Below, piece after piece: positions 31,419 to 45,432 of a DNA stretch of 64,000 nucleotides; within the stretch, counting starts at the first letter, position 1; every line of letters begins with the position of its first letter. The notes under the pieces are model-generated. The model saw only the letters and a program-made list of their open reading frames with translations. It was not told the origin of the DNA and did no database searches. The stretch lies in NCBI RefSeq assembly GCF_006345805.1, contig NC_043014.1, forward strand, positions 53,258,001 through 53,322,000, written 5' to 3'. Both the position numbers and the translations under genes were made by a program. Origin of the DNA: Octopus sinensis (taxonomy: Eukaryota).

Positions 31419-33284
31419 GTATATATATGTGTGTGAGATTAAAACAAAGCAATTTATAGAAAATTAAAACTAATTGGGGCAATTATTTTTACTTTCCTCC
31501 ATCTCCAATATGTTTTATATCTAAGAAGTGCAAAAGCTAAAGAATTTTTAATTTATTCTATTTGTGCGAAATGATTAATGTTAATTAATTAGCTGTGTAT
31601 GGTTTGTAGATCTGATGTTGTTTGTTTGGTCGATTCGTTCGGGTTTTGTACAAGTGCACGGGGCCACTGGCCTCACCTTTTTGGGGCTCACCGAACCGAA
31701 GATCTTCTATCTCAACCGAAAAACAAACAAAAACAAACAAAAAAATTATAATAAAATAAAGAAATTATTTCAATCGAGTCCCGGCTTGGTGTGTGGATTA
31801 AGAAACATGGTTTCGGGTTCAATCCCTCTGCGCAACACCTTAAATAAGATCTTCTACTGTAGATCCAGGTGAACCAATGTCCCGTGAATGAATTTGGCAG
31901 AAGGAAACTGTGAAAGCCCATCATTTTTGTGTATGTCTTTATGTCTGTTTGTTCTCCCCCTCACAGCTTGACCACTGGAGTTGGTTGGTTTACGTCCCTG
32001 TAACTTAACAGTTCGGCAAAAGAGGCCGATAGAACAGGTACCACATTTAATAGACTGGTGTCTATTCAAGGCAGTGCCCCAGCACGGCCGCAGTTCTATG
32101 ATTGAAACAAGTAAAAGATAAAATATAAGATTAAAACTAATTTTGCGCCTATTTTCTTCTACAATCCTACCAAGCGATTCCCCCCTTTCATATATTTGCC
32201 AGGACTGGTGACCCCTGGACTAAATTTTCATAGAAATTACTAACGAGGCAAGAACTTCTATAATGAAACTATTTTGGACTTTGGCGCATCATCAGTCCTC
32301 TTCCTGCTCGCTGACAACAGCTCATTGTTCAGCTCTTTTTCGAATCCCAGCAAAGACATTCATTTTTGTAAAGCTGTTTAAAATTTAAACGAAATATGAT
32401 GAATAGATCTCTGTACGAAATATTTACAAAAACTTAATTTATTATTTTAATAAGATTATATCAGACATGATCGATATTATAACAAGAAAAACAAAGAATT
32501 TTCTGCTTAGAATGTTACAGAATAGTCGAAAGTTCTTTGGGGGTTTTTTTTAAGAAGGTCAGTCGAGTTTTTTTTTTTTTTTTTTCCTAGTGCAAGAGTT
32601 GGATCTCATTTCCAAACTGAAAAGTTGGAGTTTAAAAAAAACCAATTTTTTAAAACAAGTAAATAAAACACAAAGTAAGGATCGACTAGTCACGACTAGC
32701 TAGCGCGGATACACGAATACGCCAGTGCGCGCACCGGGACCACTCTTCTTATGTAGTACCGGCTCCTATATACATATATATATGTGTGTGGAAAGGGTAA
32801 ATATGTAAGAAGTTCGCCTCTCGAACACGATATTCCGGCTTCGATCCCACTGCGCAGATCTTTGAACGAGTATCTTCGGTCAGTGTCTTGAGTTGATCCG
32901 AGAGATGCTGAGTGTGAATGTGTGAACCAGCATCAGTCTGAGTTTGTTAGGCTGAGGTTCAGATGTCTGTGAGATGTTCAGCTTCTTCCTCTGATCAAAC
33001 TGGATGGAACCGGTATGAGCATTGTGACGAGTTGGCAGACAAATGCTTAGCGGCACTTCGTGTTCTGAGTTCGAATGTTGCCGAGGTCAACTTTTCTTTT
33101 CAGTGTTGATCAAGTAAAAGAACCAGTCAAGTATTTAGGTCGATGTCAACTTGTCCTCCCCCTCAAAATTTCAGGCCTTGTGCCGAAAGGAGAAAGAATT
33201 ATTATTATTATCATAATTTATCGTGCCTGTCTTTATACTTATATAAATGCTCGTGTTTATAAGCACACCTTATGCACACACACA

Positions 33285-33325
<41 letters not shown>

Positions 33326-33469
33326 AGGTACGGTACGCTCTCCTACTGAGTCTTACATAATGTAATTGCGTACACTGACGCAAACCTTAACAAACACACA
33401 CACACACATCCTTACACATGGACAGACACTTCCATCAATCAACATATTTCTTTAGCACAAAGATACAGA

Positions 33470-33473
33470 CACA

Positions 33474-33513
<40 letters not shown>

Positions 33514-33592
33514 ACCTTCTCTCTCCTTCCTTCTCTCTCTCTCTCCCACCTTCTCTCTCCCTCTCTCTCTCTCTCACCTTCTCTCTCTCTTT

Positions 33593-33627
<35 letters not shown>

Positions 33628-34073
33628 CTCTCTATCAGACATCATGGCTGCTGTTTACCTATTTTTTTCCCCTTCTTTTTAAATAACATTTTAATAACAT
33701 TCACCAGCTTCACACACCGCCCACACACATCTACCCACAACACCTACTTCCAATCTACCAGAAACTCCACCACCGCCGCCGCCACCACCACCACCACCAT
33801 TACTTCTGCTCTTGCATATTTCCTTGTATAACTTCTGATAAAACCTGTGCACTTCGTCGTCTCTTATTTCTTTCTTCTCTCTTCTTCATCACCGACGACT
33901 TTTTCTTTTTTTCTTTCCTTCTTTCTTATGATTCTCTACTTTCTCTCCTCCTCCTTCCCTCTCTCTCTCTTTCTCTCTCGTCTTTATTTACTTCTGGCTC
34001 TCTTTCTCCATTTCTTCTCTTCTACTCATCATATTTTTTTATCATATTCTTTCTTTCTCCTCCACTTCTATCC

Positions 34074-34115
<42 letters not shown>

Positions 34116-34860
34116 CCCTCTCTCTCTCTACTTTTTTTTTATTTTTCCTCCTCTTCACCTTTTCCATCCGCTATTTTATAACACTTTCTATTCACTTCCT
34201 CTTCTTCTTCTTCTCTCTATCTACTTTCCTCCTTTCTGTTTTTCTTTTGTTTTGTTTTTTATTTACTTTTATTTACTTTTCACAATTTCTGGACTTTCTT
34301 CTGTTCTTTAACCCCCATCCACTGCCATGCTGGAGCACCACTCTCTGTTGATCCAGTTGTCTTCATTACCTTCATCCTCAATACATTCCCTTCTCATCTT
34401 CTGAACTTCCAATACAATTGATCTTCAATCTTTCTCTTCTTCATCCTCTCTTCTCCATCCTCTCTTCTTCATCCTCTTTTCTTCATCCTCTCTTCTTCAT
34501 CCTCTCTTCTTCCGGTAGACTTTCTATTATCCATCTTCTCTCTCTTTCTGCTCTTCATCCTTTATCATTTCGACTTTTGATCCTCTCTAATTGTTACGGT
34601 TGAAAATATACTTACTTCGTAATTCCTCCCTCTCCCTCTCCCCCCCTCTCTCTCTCCCCTCCTGTTGCTCCTCTCTTCATCCTATCATTATATATATATT
34701 CCTCTTACTACCATTTTCTCTCACTCTCTTCCTCTCCTTCCGCTTTCATCGACGGCTTTTCTTTCTCTTGTTCGTTTTCCCTCCCTGCTTACCTCCCCCT
34801 GATTCGCCACTTCTCCCTTTTGCTTGTAATTCTGCTTCGTCTTCCTTTGTCAAGTGACAT
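33470..34860. repeat. About 1.4-kb polypyrimidine/(CT)n-rich low-complexity tract
   Basis: Nearly purine-free plus strand with (CT)n, (CTT)n and CTCTTCTTCATC repeats. Confidence 0.9.
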
Positions 34861-35679
34861 GTTGCCTTCCATCTCCCTCTCATCTTCCCACTTTCTTACC
34901 TTCCGTCCCTTACAACCAACCAACCACCAACCAGCAACTGACTGACTAATTGGAGACCTGAACGCATTTCAAATCCCCATCTATTTATCGATCGATCGAT
35001 CAATCGATCAATCAATCAATCACTAACTCAATCAAAAATCTAAATAGCGATTAGATACAGAATGCAATTTCTACATATTCCTTCGACTTTCTTGAAATGG
35101 CAGCCAAATTTCTCAAATTATACTCTACCATCTTAATGGAAACATTAGGCATTGTAGTCTCAGATAAAGATGGTGAAGGATGAGATGGTCACGGCTAGAG
35201 CGTCTTTGATCATAGGTTTAGTCGATATCGGAGCTGACACCTGAAGCTAAAGAATCACAGTGACTAACCGACAGTTCTTCGTTTCAAGTCTACCGAATGG
35301 TTTTTGTTGTAACTCTGCACGAAACATCAGATCCCAATCCAGCTGATAGAAGTAGAACCCCATACCTTTTGTGAATGCTATATTCGGTAGACTAGCACCT
35401 TCTCCCTGGGCAGATAATCTCCACAGCTTATTAATACGAAACCAGAAATAAGCACCGTGTATTACCAAACTATGTATAGGCCTTGCTGTAAGGTTAAAAG
35501 TAGGTGGTAATTTAAAGGGTAAACCGTGGCTTAATATATTCGGATAAGATAGGCGCGACATTGCGATTGACCTCCCCCTCCCCTGTCTGATAACTAATGA
35601 AGAGTTGGCGACCATCTGTGTTTGTTTCCTGTTGTTCATGCATTTATTATATATCTTTAACTCATTATAAATATGTATG

Positions 35680-35740
<61 letters not shown>

Positions 35741-36676
35741 ATGTTATATAATCGTATATATAATGTATAATATAATGTGTATATATAATTCATATATATA
35801 TATATAATGTATAGATTTATATGTGTATCATAATGCATTAAAGTCAGTTTGAATCTTGCTGGCTTGCAATGTTACTCAGCCAAACTGGCACAGAATGGGA
35901 TAATATTAAGTTTACCCTGAAATGTTAATAGGAACGGAATAAAACAAGTTACGGGTAATTCGAACAATGGTTTTTCGGGGCATAAATACCCAAAACAGTG
36001 CATAATGGGAAAATATTCCGAAAATAATCTTAATCCTGAAAGGGAAGAAACTCTTATCTTTCGATTAGACACACTGACTTGACAACGAAAAAATATGATG
36101 TTTCTATTTTCTATTTTGTTAAGCACAATAATTTAATCATTTTTATTTTAATATTTAAAATATAATATTTTAATCATATTTTTAAGTGAATGTGATTTCA
36201 AAAATATAAGTTGTTTGTACAGTAGGTATTTATGTTTTAGCTTTCTTTATACAGACAATATGTTAATGCTTTTTTAATTATTTTCAAGTGAATACCATTA
36301 CAAAAAATTTTTTAGCATATTCAAAAAATATTTAAAAGTGAAAATGACTTTAGAATACGGTAAATATTTCGTAAAATATTCTATGTTCGTAACATAGTGT
36401 TTTTTCGAGTGCATTCAACGTATCTCACCTCCAAAGATTTGGCTGCTATTTCTAACACGCCCTACTACCACGTAACAGCTATTTGCGATAAAGGATCCGA
36501 AATACCTGTTACGTGATAGCAGGGTGTGCAAGAAATTGCAGCCAAATCTTTCTTTTTCTGGGGGAAAGGAACCGTTTACGCCTGATTTCGATGTCACATT
36601 TGTAGAAAGCATGCGAAATAACCTAGAAAAGAAAAAAATCCACGAAGCAAAACTCCGTTGCTGGGAAACTGAGTTT

Positions 36677-36708
36677 CCCGGTGACCCAACGGGTCACGGG
36701 TAGTCTAG
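36677..36708 (+). mobile_element. Helitron-type 3' terminus
   Basis: Hairpin CCCG-GTGACCC-AAC-GGGTCAC-GGG, then TAGT-CTAG|T; 5' end not located. Confidence 0.6.
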
Positions 36709-36744
36709 TATATATTATACATACAACATAACACACACACACAA

Positions 36745-36796
<52 letters not shown>

Positions 36797-37076
36797 CATG
36801 CATGTGTGTGTATGTTTATCAAATTTTATCCGGATTCAAATTAGCAAAAAATATTTTCAGTTTTATTTATTTTGGTAGGGAGGGGCGGTTTGTGTGGGTG
36901 CACCCACTTTCCTTCTTATCTGCCTTATTGTTTCTGCATGAACTTGCTGCCTAAATCTGATTTCGTTTGCCAATTACACATTTATCAACATACCTATATA
37001 CCTACCTACATAAATGTCACCTGCCCTCTTTGATCTCATTTAATTAATTAAGCACTCTCACGCCTAACAGAATACC

Positions 37077-37499
37077 TGTTTCTTTACTGCCCATAAGGGG
37101 CTACACACAGAGGGGACAAACAAGGACAGACACACGGATTAAGTCGATTATATCGACCCCAGTGCGTAACTGGTACTTAATTTATTGACCCCGAAAGGAT
37201 GAAAGGCAAAGTCGACCTCTGCGAAATTTGAACTCAGAACGTAGCAGCAGACGAAATACCTATTTCTTTACTACCCACAAGGGGCTAAACACAGAGAGGA
37301 CAAACAAGAACAGACAAACGGATTAAGTCGATTACATCGACCCCAGTACGTAACTGGTACTTAATTTATCGACCCCGAAAGGATGAAAGGCAAAGTCGAC
37401 CACGGCGGAATTTGAACTCAGAACGTAACGGCAGACGAAACACCGCTAAGCATTTCGGGGGGGGGCGTGCTAACGTTTCTGCCAGCTCCTCGCCGCCTT
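37077..37499 (-). mobile_element. SINE B tandem dimer
   Basis: Junction GACGAAATACC|TATTTCTTT at 37260/37261, identical to that at 17358/17359. Confidence 0.85.
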
Positions 37500-38089
37500 C
37501 ATGCCTCACAGAATACCGTCGCTGCGCTGCTGCTATGAAAGATGCTAGAACTGACATCTATTATTATTTACATTAAATATTTATTTATTTTAAATCCGGC
37601 TGTGGTCAACCTTGCCTTTCATCCCTCTATGGTCGTCGATAAAATAAAGTACCGATCAAGTACCGGTGTCGATGGAAATGACATGTCTCCACCCCACCAT
37701 CCGGCCTCTGAAAGATTTCCTGTCTCGTGCTTCAATGAGAAATCCTCATTAGGTCGGGCGGAGCTGGCTGGGTTGTAAGAGAGGCCAAAATGCTTAGCAG
37801 TATCTTTTCCGGCTCTTTATGCTTTGAATTCAAATCCCGCCGAGGTCGACTTTGCCTTTTATCGATTCGGGGGCGATAAAAATAAAGTACCAGTTAAGAA
37901 ATGGGGTTGATGCAATCGTTTGCCCCACACACCTCCCATCAGTCTCTCCTTTAACTTTTCAGATCAGATTCAAAGCAGACTTTCTCTCTTGATATTGGTT
38001 AATATTGGAAGGAGTCTTTCTTTGGAACATTACTCTCTATCGAGTAAACACCCTGAAATATTCCATCATCCATAGAACTATGCAACCTC

Positions 38090-38530
38090 CCTGCTTCAAT
38101 GTGCAACGTCACAAGAGAGTTCCTCTGCTAGAACCTCTCACAAACTGCAAAAAGCTAGCTTCCACTCGTATTGTGACATTTCTTCATTGCTGTAGAGAAG
38201 ATTTTGGGCAGCATTGTTCAACAGGTTGGTTTATCTCTTCTTCTCGAGACTCAGATTTTTACCCTGCACGAAGAAATAATGACTTGATACATTCTACTTA
38301 TCAATTACAAAACGAAAATGTATTGATCAGAGACTTTCACCTCCATCATTGCTTCGTTGATCTCATTAAGATCTTTGATTCAGTTAACCAGGGTGTATTA
38401 TGGATAATTCTCAGAGTAATTTATTGTCCTTACAAATGTACAAATGTTATCAATTCCTTTCATGATTATAAGAGAGCGTGTCTTGTAATTGGTGGAGAAT
38501 GCTTCAATCAGTTTTCCTGTACAAAAGGCT
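38090..38530 (+). mobile_element. Highly decayed RTE-like RT fragment
   Basis: CFVDLIKIFDSVNQGVLWIIL...CPYK...FHD resembles RTE FVDLTKAFDSV..LW..L..GCP.KF..FHD. Confidence 0.6.
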
Positions 38531-39270
38531 GATGTAACCGCTTCTGCTACATGTGTGCGTGTGTGTGCGTGCGTGTGTACGTATTCGCCTACATGTCTGA
38601 GTGATATTTCTAGCGAGCTTTTGTTTCATCTTTACGGTTAACTTGATGTTGATTGTATTTTGTGTAATGACAGCGATATGACAGAATCGTTAAAGCGTCG
38701 TACTAAAGAATTCCTTGCGGAACTCGTTCACACTCTCGACGTTCTGAGTTCAAACTCCGCCCAGATTATTCACATTTCATCGTTTCAGAGTTGCTAAACG
38801 TAATAATATCAGTCAAGTTCTTTGATTTATTCTTTGTCTCTCTATCTTCTCTCTCATTCCCTCTCTCGTTCAGGATTGAAATTATAATTCAAAGGTTCAA
38901 TGTTGTCTCCCTCCGTGTCATGCTGATTTGACCTGGAGATTCCATCAAGGCTACACATGTCTGTGGAATGCTCAACCATAAATTTCACGAATTGTGCTTC
39001 AGTCGATCGAAATGGAAGCGCGTTGAAATCCCAGCCTCAGGAAGGAGGACGGCTTTTACCAATGTTTGTTTGCTTTCATTACTGGTTGCACATTTTTGGT
39101 GAACTACATCTGCCAACATTGTGAAGTAACTCCGAGCCCCTAGAAACAGCTGTAGGACTTGTAACATCATACCCTCTAATTCTTTGAATCTATGTATATA
39201 TATATATATATTTGAAGGAAAATAATCTGAAAATCTTTCAGTCTTTACCTTTTCCGTATTCATATGTATA

Positions 39271-39660
39271 TACGAGGGAGAGTCAAAAATTACACGCACT
39301 CTTGTGTTTTTAATGTATTTACATAAAAGCAGGGGATAAACAAGTCCGTAGGTTTTTTCCTATATAGTCTCCTTCCTTTCCGACGCATCTGGTCCAGCGG
39401 CCCCCAACTTGCGTATTCCTTCCAAGAAGAAGGTTTCCGGTTGGTCGTGCAACCATTTATGCACCACTTCCTTCGCATCTTCATCTGTAGGAAATCGACG
39501 ACCTCGTAAGCCATCTTTCAGCGGTCCAGCCGGATCTGGGCTGTAGGCAGGGTGTTCCAGCACCTCAAAACCCGATTGGTTAATGGTTTCAACGGTCTGG
39601 GGAAGGGGCCGTGTGTGGGCGTGCATTGTCATGCAACAACAAATCTTTCTTCGACAATAG
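39271..39660 (-). mobile_element. Mariner (DD34D-type) 3' fragment with one TIR
   Basis: TA-CGAGGGAGAGTCAAAAAT terminus; FEVLEHPAYSPD, LKDGLRGRRF, FFLEGIRKL. Confidence 0.85.
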
Positions 39661-39890
39661 GCTCCGGCGTTTGGTGCGAATTGCTGGCTTCCGTTTGTTG
39701 GCCAGCAAAGCACTGTACCTTGGTCGTACACCTCTTTTCTAGGTAATCTTCCAGTAGAGGCACTTTTGGTGAACTACATCTGCCAACATTGTAAAGTATT
39801 TGAAATACGAAATGAAAGTTTGGCAAAAACTCTTATCCTTATGTTCTGTTTGAAATTCTTTGTGAATCAACAGATATATATATATATAAA

Positions 39891-40119
39891 CATGCCAACA
39901 GCTGCTGTCAAGCGATGGTGAGGGACAAACACAAACACACACACAAACATAGATATACATGTATACATATGACGGGCTTCTTTCAGTTTCCGTCAACAAA
40001 AGTGCACTCACCAGACTTTGGTCGGCCCGAGACAATAGCAGAAGGCACTTGACCAAGGTGTCACATAGTAGGACTGAACCTGGATTCATGTGGTTGGGAA
40101 GCAAGCGTCTTACCACATA
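39891..40119 (-). mobile_element. SINE A, diverged
   Basis: Family A head and mid-body in reverse complement. Confidence 0.7.
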
Positions 40120-40935
40120 ACTTTACCGACGAACTCAAACAATAAACTATAAATAATATCTTTCATTTTTCTTCTTTAGATGTCGTTGCCCGTCGTTGTT
40201 TGTTTCTTGTCAGACCTTCACCGACAGATAAGCCTCTTGATCAGGACAGATTTGGGCAATTTTTCGCAAAAGAAATTACTTGACGATCTTTTTCCGTTTT
40301 TCTTCGACCGTTTCACGTGACTTTATTCATTAAAACTTATTAAAACTTCAGAAGTTCTTAAAACTTTGGTCGTCGTAATGCTTTGCTTTCGTTTATTTAA
40401 TAAATTCCTCCTCCTAATGATTTTGTTTTCATTTTGTGATAGACAGCTATCATGCAGAAAATGCCAGCTTCCGTCTCCTGTTTTCTGATTAGGTAAAATT
40501 CATTAAACTTTGAACCGCAATAACATTTTACTGCAATTTTTTCTGGAACAAATAAATAATAAAATCAGATCTAACGGGGAAAATTATTGCAATATTCCAA
40601 ATTTGAAAATTTTGAAATAATTTTAGAATTTCATAATGTGACAGCAACAGGGAAGGCTCTGCAAAATTGATAATAATTCACCATCAATGGCTTCATAGTC
40701 GCCCATGGTCAATCCTCTCATCCGTCCAACCATCCACCAAGCCAACTTGGATGATATAACCTTACCATTACAATCAATCAGTTTTATGATATTCAACTGT
40801 ATTACTTGCCACTATTTGTAAATCTATCCCACGTCAGCGTGAATTTGTAAATCTATTTCTGATTTAAACGGCAACTGAACAAGGAATGGGACAGGACATG
40901 AAACAGTGGAATGAGAAGGGGAACTGAAAATAACC

Positions 40936-41166
40936 TATTTCTTTTCTACCCACAAGGGCCGAAACACAGAGGGGACAAACAAGGACAGACAAAGGTATTA
41001 AGTCGATACCATCGACCCCAGTGCGTAACTGGTACTTATTTAATCGACCCCGAAAAGATGAAAAGCAAAGTCGACGTCGGCGGAATTTGAACTCAGAACG
41101 TAGCGGCAGACGAAATACGGCGACGCATTTCGCCCGGCGTGCTAACGGTTCTGCCAGCTCGCCCGC
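40936..41166 (-). mobile_element. SINE B, full-length
   Basis: Complete head, body and AAGAAATA tail in reverse complement. Confidence 0.85.
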
Positions 41167-41458
41167 TTTTCCGGGTATTACCGGGTAATTCGGCTAGTCT
41201 AGGTATATATATATATATGTATGTATGTGTGTGTGTGTGTGGTGAAACTAGAACTCATGTCCTGAGTCCTATTTTTCCTCTTTGCATCAACCAAACCTAT
41301 TTGTGTATGTATGTATATATTTGTGGTGTGAGCATTTATGTTTGTGTGTGTGTGTGTGTGTATGCTCGTGCCTCTCTCTGCATGTGAGTATGCGCGCGCT
41401 CGTGAATGTGGACGTGTGGCAGCGTTGCCTTTTTTTTCTTTTCTCTCTCTCTCTCTCC

Positions 41459-41501
<43 letters not shown>

Positions 41502-41508
41502 CTTCTCT

Positions 41509-41542
<34 letters not shown>

Positions 41543-43919
41543 GTTTATCCATTTCCTATCTCCATGTGTGTATTCATGTTATGTACGTGTCCTGTCGGTG
41601 CCATCGGTATTCCATGCTATCCGACTTCGGAGGAGCGTTCAACTAAGACGGAAGAATTGTTCATATACAATTTCTTAAAACATTGCAGCTGGTATGTATT
41701 AAACCGTTGTTGTTGTTGATCGTCTCTTCTCTCTTTACTCCGACTAGAACCCACCACCACCGCCACCGCCATTTTCATTATCACCACCACCACCACCACC
41801 GTGACCACCATGACCACCACCATCAACAGCCCCCTCCACCGTCGCCGCTTACTCTTTGTCGTTAATGCACCAAACAAAAACTTTAATAATTAAACATAAA
41901 CAAAACCTCGTAAACATGGTGAACCAACAGAAGTTGCCCTCTTGTATCGTCCCTAATCTACTAGAAACAACAGCCAGTCCTCCCTTACTGTCTTTAAGAA
42001 ATAAAAGTAAAGGACCCATTAGATAATGTTGTCGTAAGTATTCCCTTTTAAATCAACGGACATGGGAGAAGGGATGATGATGATGATGACGGGTCTTCTT
42101 GGATCAGAGCTGACCTGTGGCCGAAGCAAAATGTTGTGTCCGACAAGAGCCCTTCTTAGAAACAGCAGCTAAAACTCTCGTAAATTACACTCTACCGTCT
42201 TTTCAAAAAATGCCTGAAGGACACATCATACAATGTCATCCTGTATATTCTTAAACAGATGAACGAATGGGTGGACGGATGATGATCGCAGTTGAAATAC
42301 CTTTGGCCAAAGGATCTGCCGATCGGCTGCACAGGTCTCGTCGCCTTGGGCTAAACAACAACAGTGCAAAAGAGACACACGAAACAATGAGAAAACGATG
42401 TCCATAACAACATTTGAAAGAATCATCCGAAATGGGAAACAAAAGGAAAACAATGGCCAAAAGTCGGAAAGTAAATAAAGCAAAATGTCTAAAGAAGAAT
42501 AAGAGGAGAGAACGCCATGAAAGCTGTTATCTTCGGTTCAATCATCTTCCGTTCCATAAATGGCATAAAGGGTTATACAATAGTAATAATAATAATAATC
42601 TAGGTGGAAGGGGTTGAAGTCTGTGTGATTTGTCGACAAACTGTGAAGAAAAATGTCCCGCAATTCAAGCTGCGTATAAATATATTTACCTAAAGGCACA
42701 TATTCACACACACACACACACACACACACAGATGTATGTGTGTCTATGTATGTATGTAAGTATGTGTCTATATAAGTATGTGTGTATGTATGTATGTATG
42801 TATGTGTGTCTATGTATGTATGTATTCTAAATCGTGTTTCGATATTGTCCGTTTGTGCTATTCCAGAACTAAATTCCTAGAGGCGGGGGAGGTGGGCGAG
42901 ATTGGAAGAACCAAAAGCGCTGAACGAAATGTCTTATGGGATTTAGTTCTGAGTTCAAATCCAGCCGAGGGTAGCTTTAAAATAACACCGAGTTTGATTG
43001 AATGTCTTCAACCAACCATCAATGACTATGAATGGATTCTTAATAGAACACTGCTCGATTTTCTTGTGTCGTCGTTAGATCGTGTCTGTATATCAGCCTC
43101 CAACATGTTTATCTATATATCTTCCCCACCACCCGTTTATCTCTCTACATACCCATCTATGTATTTGGGTAGCTCTTTGATTTACTCTGCTCCACTGTTT
43201 ATTTTTCGGTCTCCACCGTACCATCCTCTCTCTATGTTTGTTTAGATTTCTAATTTCTTCTTTGCATATCTGTCTGTCTATCTGTCGACCTCTCTAAATA
43301 TCTATCTAACTGATGAACTATCCTACCACACACACATACATATATGTACGTATGTGTGTGTGTGTGTGTGTGTATCTTGGTCTATTACATGTTCTGTTGG
43401 TATGTTGTGTTCCTCAAACAGTTGTACGATCTTTGCTATCTGTTACACATCTTCCACCCAATTTATAAACACCCCACCACGCAGTAAATATAGTTTTAAA
43501 CAAAGCTCATGTTACACACCTCAATGTTTAAGCTATTATGTATACCCTGGCCCTGCCTATTTCGACACCCTACCTATGTTACGTCATAGACTGATCCAGC
43601 CCCAGAACAGCTCTCAAGACCTACAATCAAAATGATTCCACACGTGACTTTCTTGCCTTGTTTTTACCTATTTGCCTCTTCCAGACAAAGCTTCATACTC
43701 TGGGCACAACAGCTCAGGTGTCAGACATTTTTTAAGATAAATAAGTATAGGGTGTGATTTGAGAAAAGTTTGGTTGCTATTTCTAGCACCTTGTTAATTT
43801 GCTCAGCACTGGTTGGATTCTCAGTCAGCCTGTGTTGTTGTTGTTGTTGTTGTAGATAATGAAAGATTAGAGAGGAATGGAGCTGGTATACTCTGTTGGG
43901 TGTGCCAGGTCTGTGTGCT

Positions 43920-44190
43920 CGTATGACAAAGTGCAAAGTGTATTGAGAGGAAGACTAGGCAGAGGAGGAGGAGGAATTGGATGTAGTCTGCGAGAGAGAG
44001 AGACAACTGTTTGATCATTAGGGTGCTTATGGATGAGGACAGCTGCATAGAGAAATGCCAGTCACTGAAAAAGAATGGAACTTGTGGAAGAGGAAGACAT
44101 GGGATGAAGTAGAGAAGGCTAAGCCTAAGATGCTGAGCATCACAGAGGAGAAGGACAAACGACCCAGCGACTCAATGCTGCGCTTGACAA
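43920..44190 (+). mobile_element. RTE-like LINE ORF-end fragment, followed by a CT-rich tract to about 45090
   Basis: MDEDSCIEKCQSL...GTCGRG..KTWDEV matches the end of the 59450-60200 element. Confidence 0.65.
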
Positions 44191-45200
44191 CACCCACCAA
44201 CCACAGTCAAAATGAAGTCCTAAAAGCATTCTCTTTATGCTTGTAAACCGTTCTACCCTGTCAAGCATTCCCTGTAATCACTCCCCCACCCCTCTTTCTT
44301 TTCAGCCCCTCCACCCAGAATCACTAACCTCTCTTCTACCCATTATCCGCCCCGTCCTCAACCCCTATTTTCTCCAATCACCCCTTTCTGTCCCTTTAGT
44401 TCTCTCCTTTGCCATATTCTATTTTGACACCTCACTTATCTAGTCTTTCTCTGCCCCTTCTCACATGCCCACCATCACACCCCCTTTACTATAGCCACCC
44501 TTATGTAGCCTACATCTCCCTCCCCACCACCCTCCACCCTCACCTTCTCATCTATCCTCCTTCCTGAGCCACTTTTATCACTCCCACTTTACATCTCTCC
44601 ATACTGATGTTTCCCATCAACTGCACCCCTCCACCCTTGTCCATCACTCACCACATTCACTTCTACCCCCATCTCTTGACCCACTGCTCCTCTCCCCTCT
44701 TGGGTTCACCTTCTTGTACCTTGAGAGTTTGTTCTGGCACTCTATTGTTACCCCGCTTTTTTATCTCCTTCCCAACTACACCCATTCATATAATAGGGGT
44801 TATTATGTTTGTTCCTTTCAACAGCTGACAGTTAGCCCCACCCCCACCCTTTCAATACTCCCCCCTCACTTAATACTGGAAGCTTTTTCATTTGCCTTTT
44901 CCAACCATGCCAGTTACTCGCCATGGCACAAGAAAAGCACCCAGCACACACTGTTTGAAGGTGTTCAAAGATCTTCCCAGAGACATAAGTGAGGAACGCA
45001 TAGGCCAAGTTCCACAGCCACCTTTCATGCCATGCTGGAAGCTGAGTGGGGCTACTTTGAGTAAATTATCTCCCAGCCATCATCCAGTTAATAATTATCT
45101 TTTTTTTTTATTAAAAAAAAACAAACTGTATTTTTAGGTGGAATACTGTGTTTCTTTTCCCTTTTATGCAAATGATCAAACACATTGCGGATATATAAAT

Positions 45201-45432
45201 AAGGCGGTGAGCTGGCAGAACCGTTAGCGCCCCGGGCGAAGTGCGTAGCCATATTTCGTTTGCCGTTACGTTCTGAGTTCAAATTCCGCCGAGGTCGACT
45301 TTGCCTTTCATCCTTTCGGGGTCGATAAATTAAGTACCAGTTACGCACTGGGGTCGATGTAATAGACTTAATCCGTTTGTTTGTCCTTGTTTGTCCACTC
45401 TGTGTTTAACCCCTTGTGGGTAGAAAAGAAAT
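45201..45432 (+). mobile_element. SINE B, full-length, CpG-intact (young) copy
   Basis: GGCGGTGAGCTGGCAGAA (A box), GAGTTCAAATTC (B box), GCCTTTCATCCTTTCGGGGTCGATAAATTAAGTACC, tail GTAGAAAAGAAAT. Confidence 0.9.

Noticed and set aside
41171-41198. CCGG-GTATTA-CCGG...CTAG|T as a Helitron 3' end
   Set aside because: Only a 4-bp stem and about 30 bp of sequence after a SINE end; too little to call.
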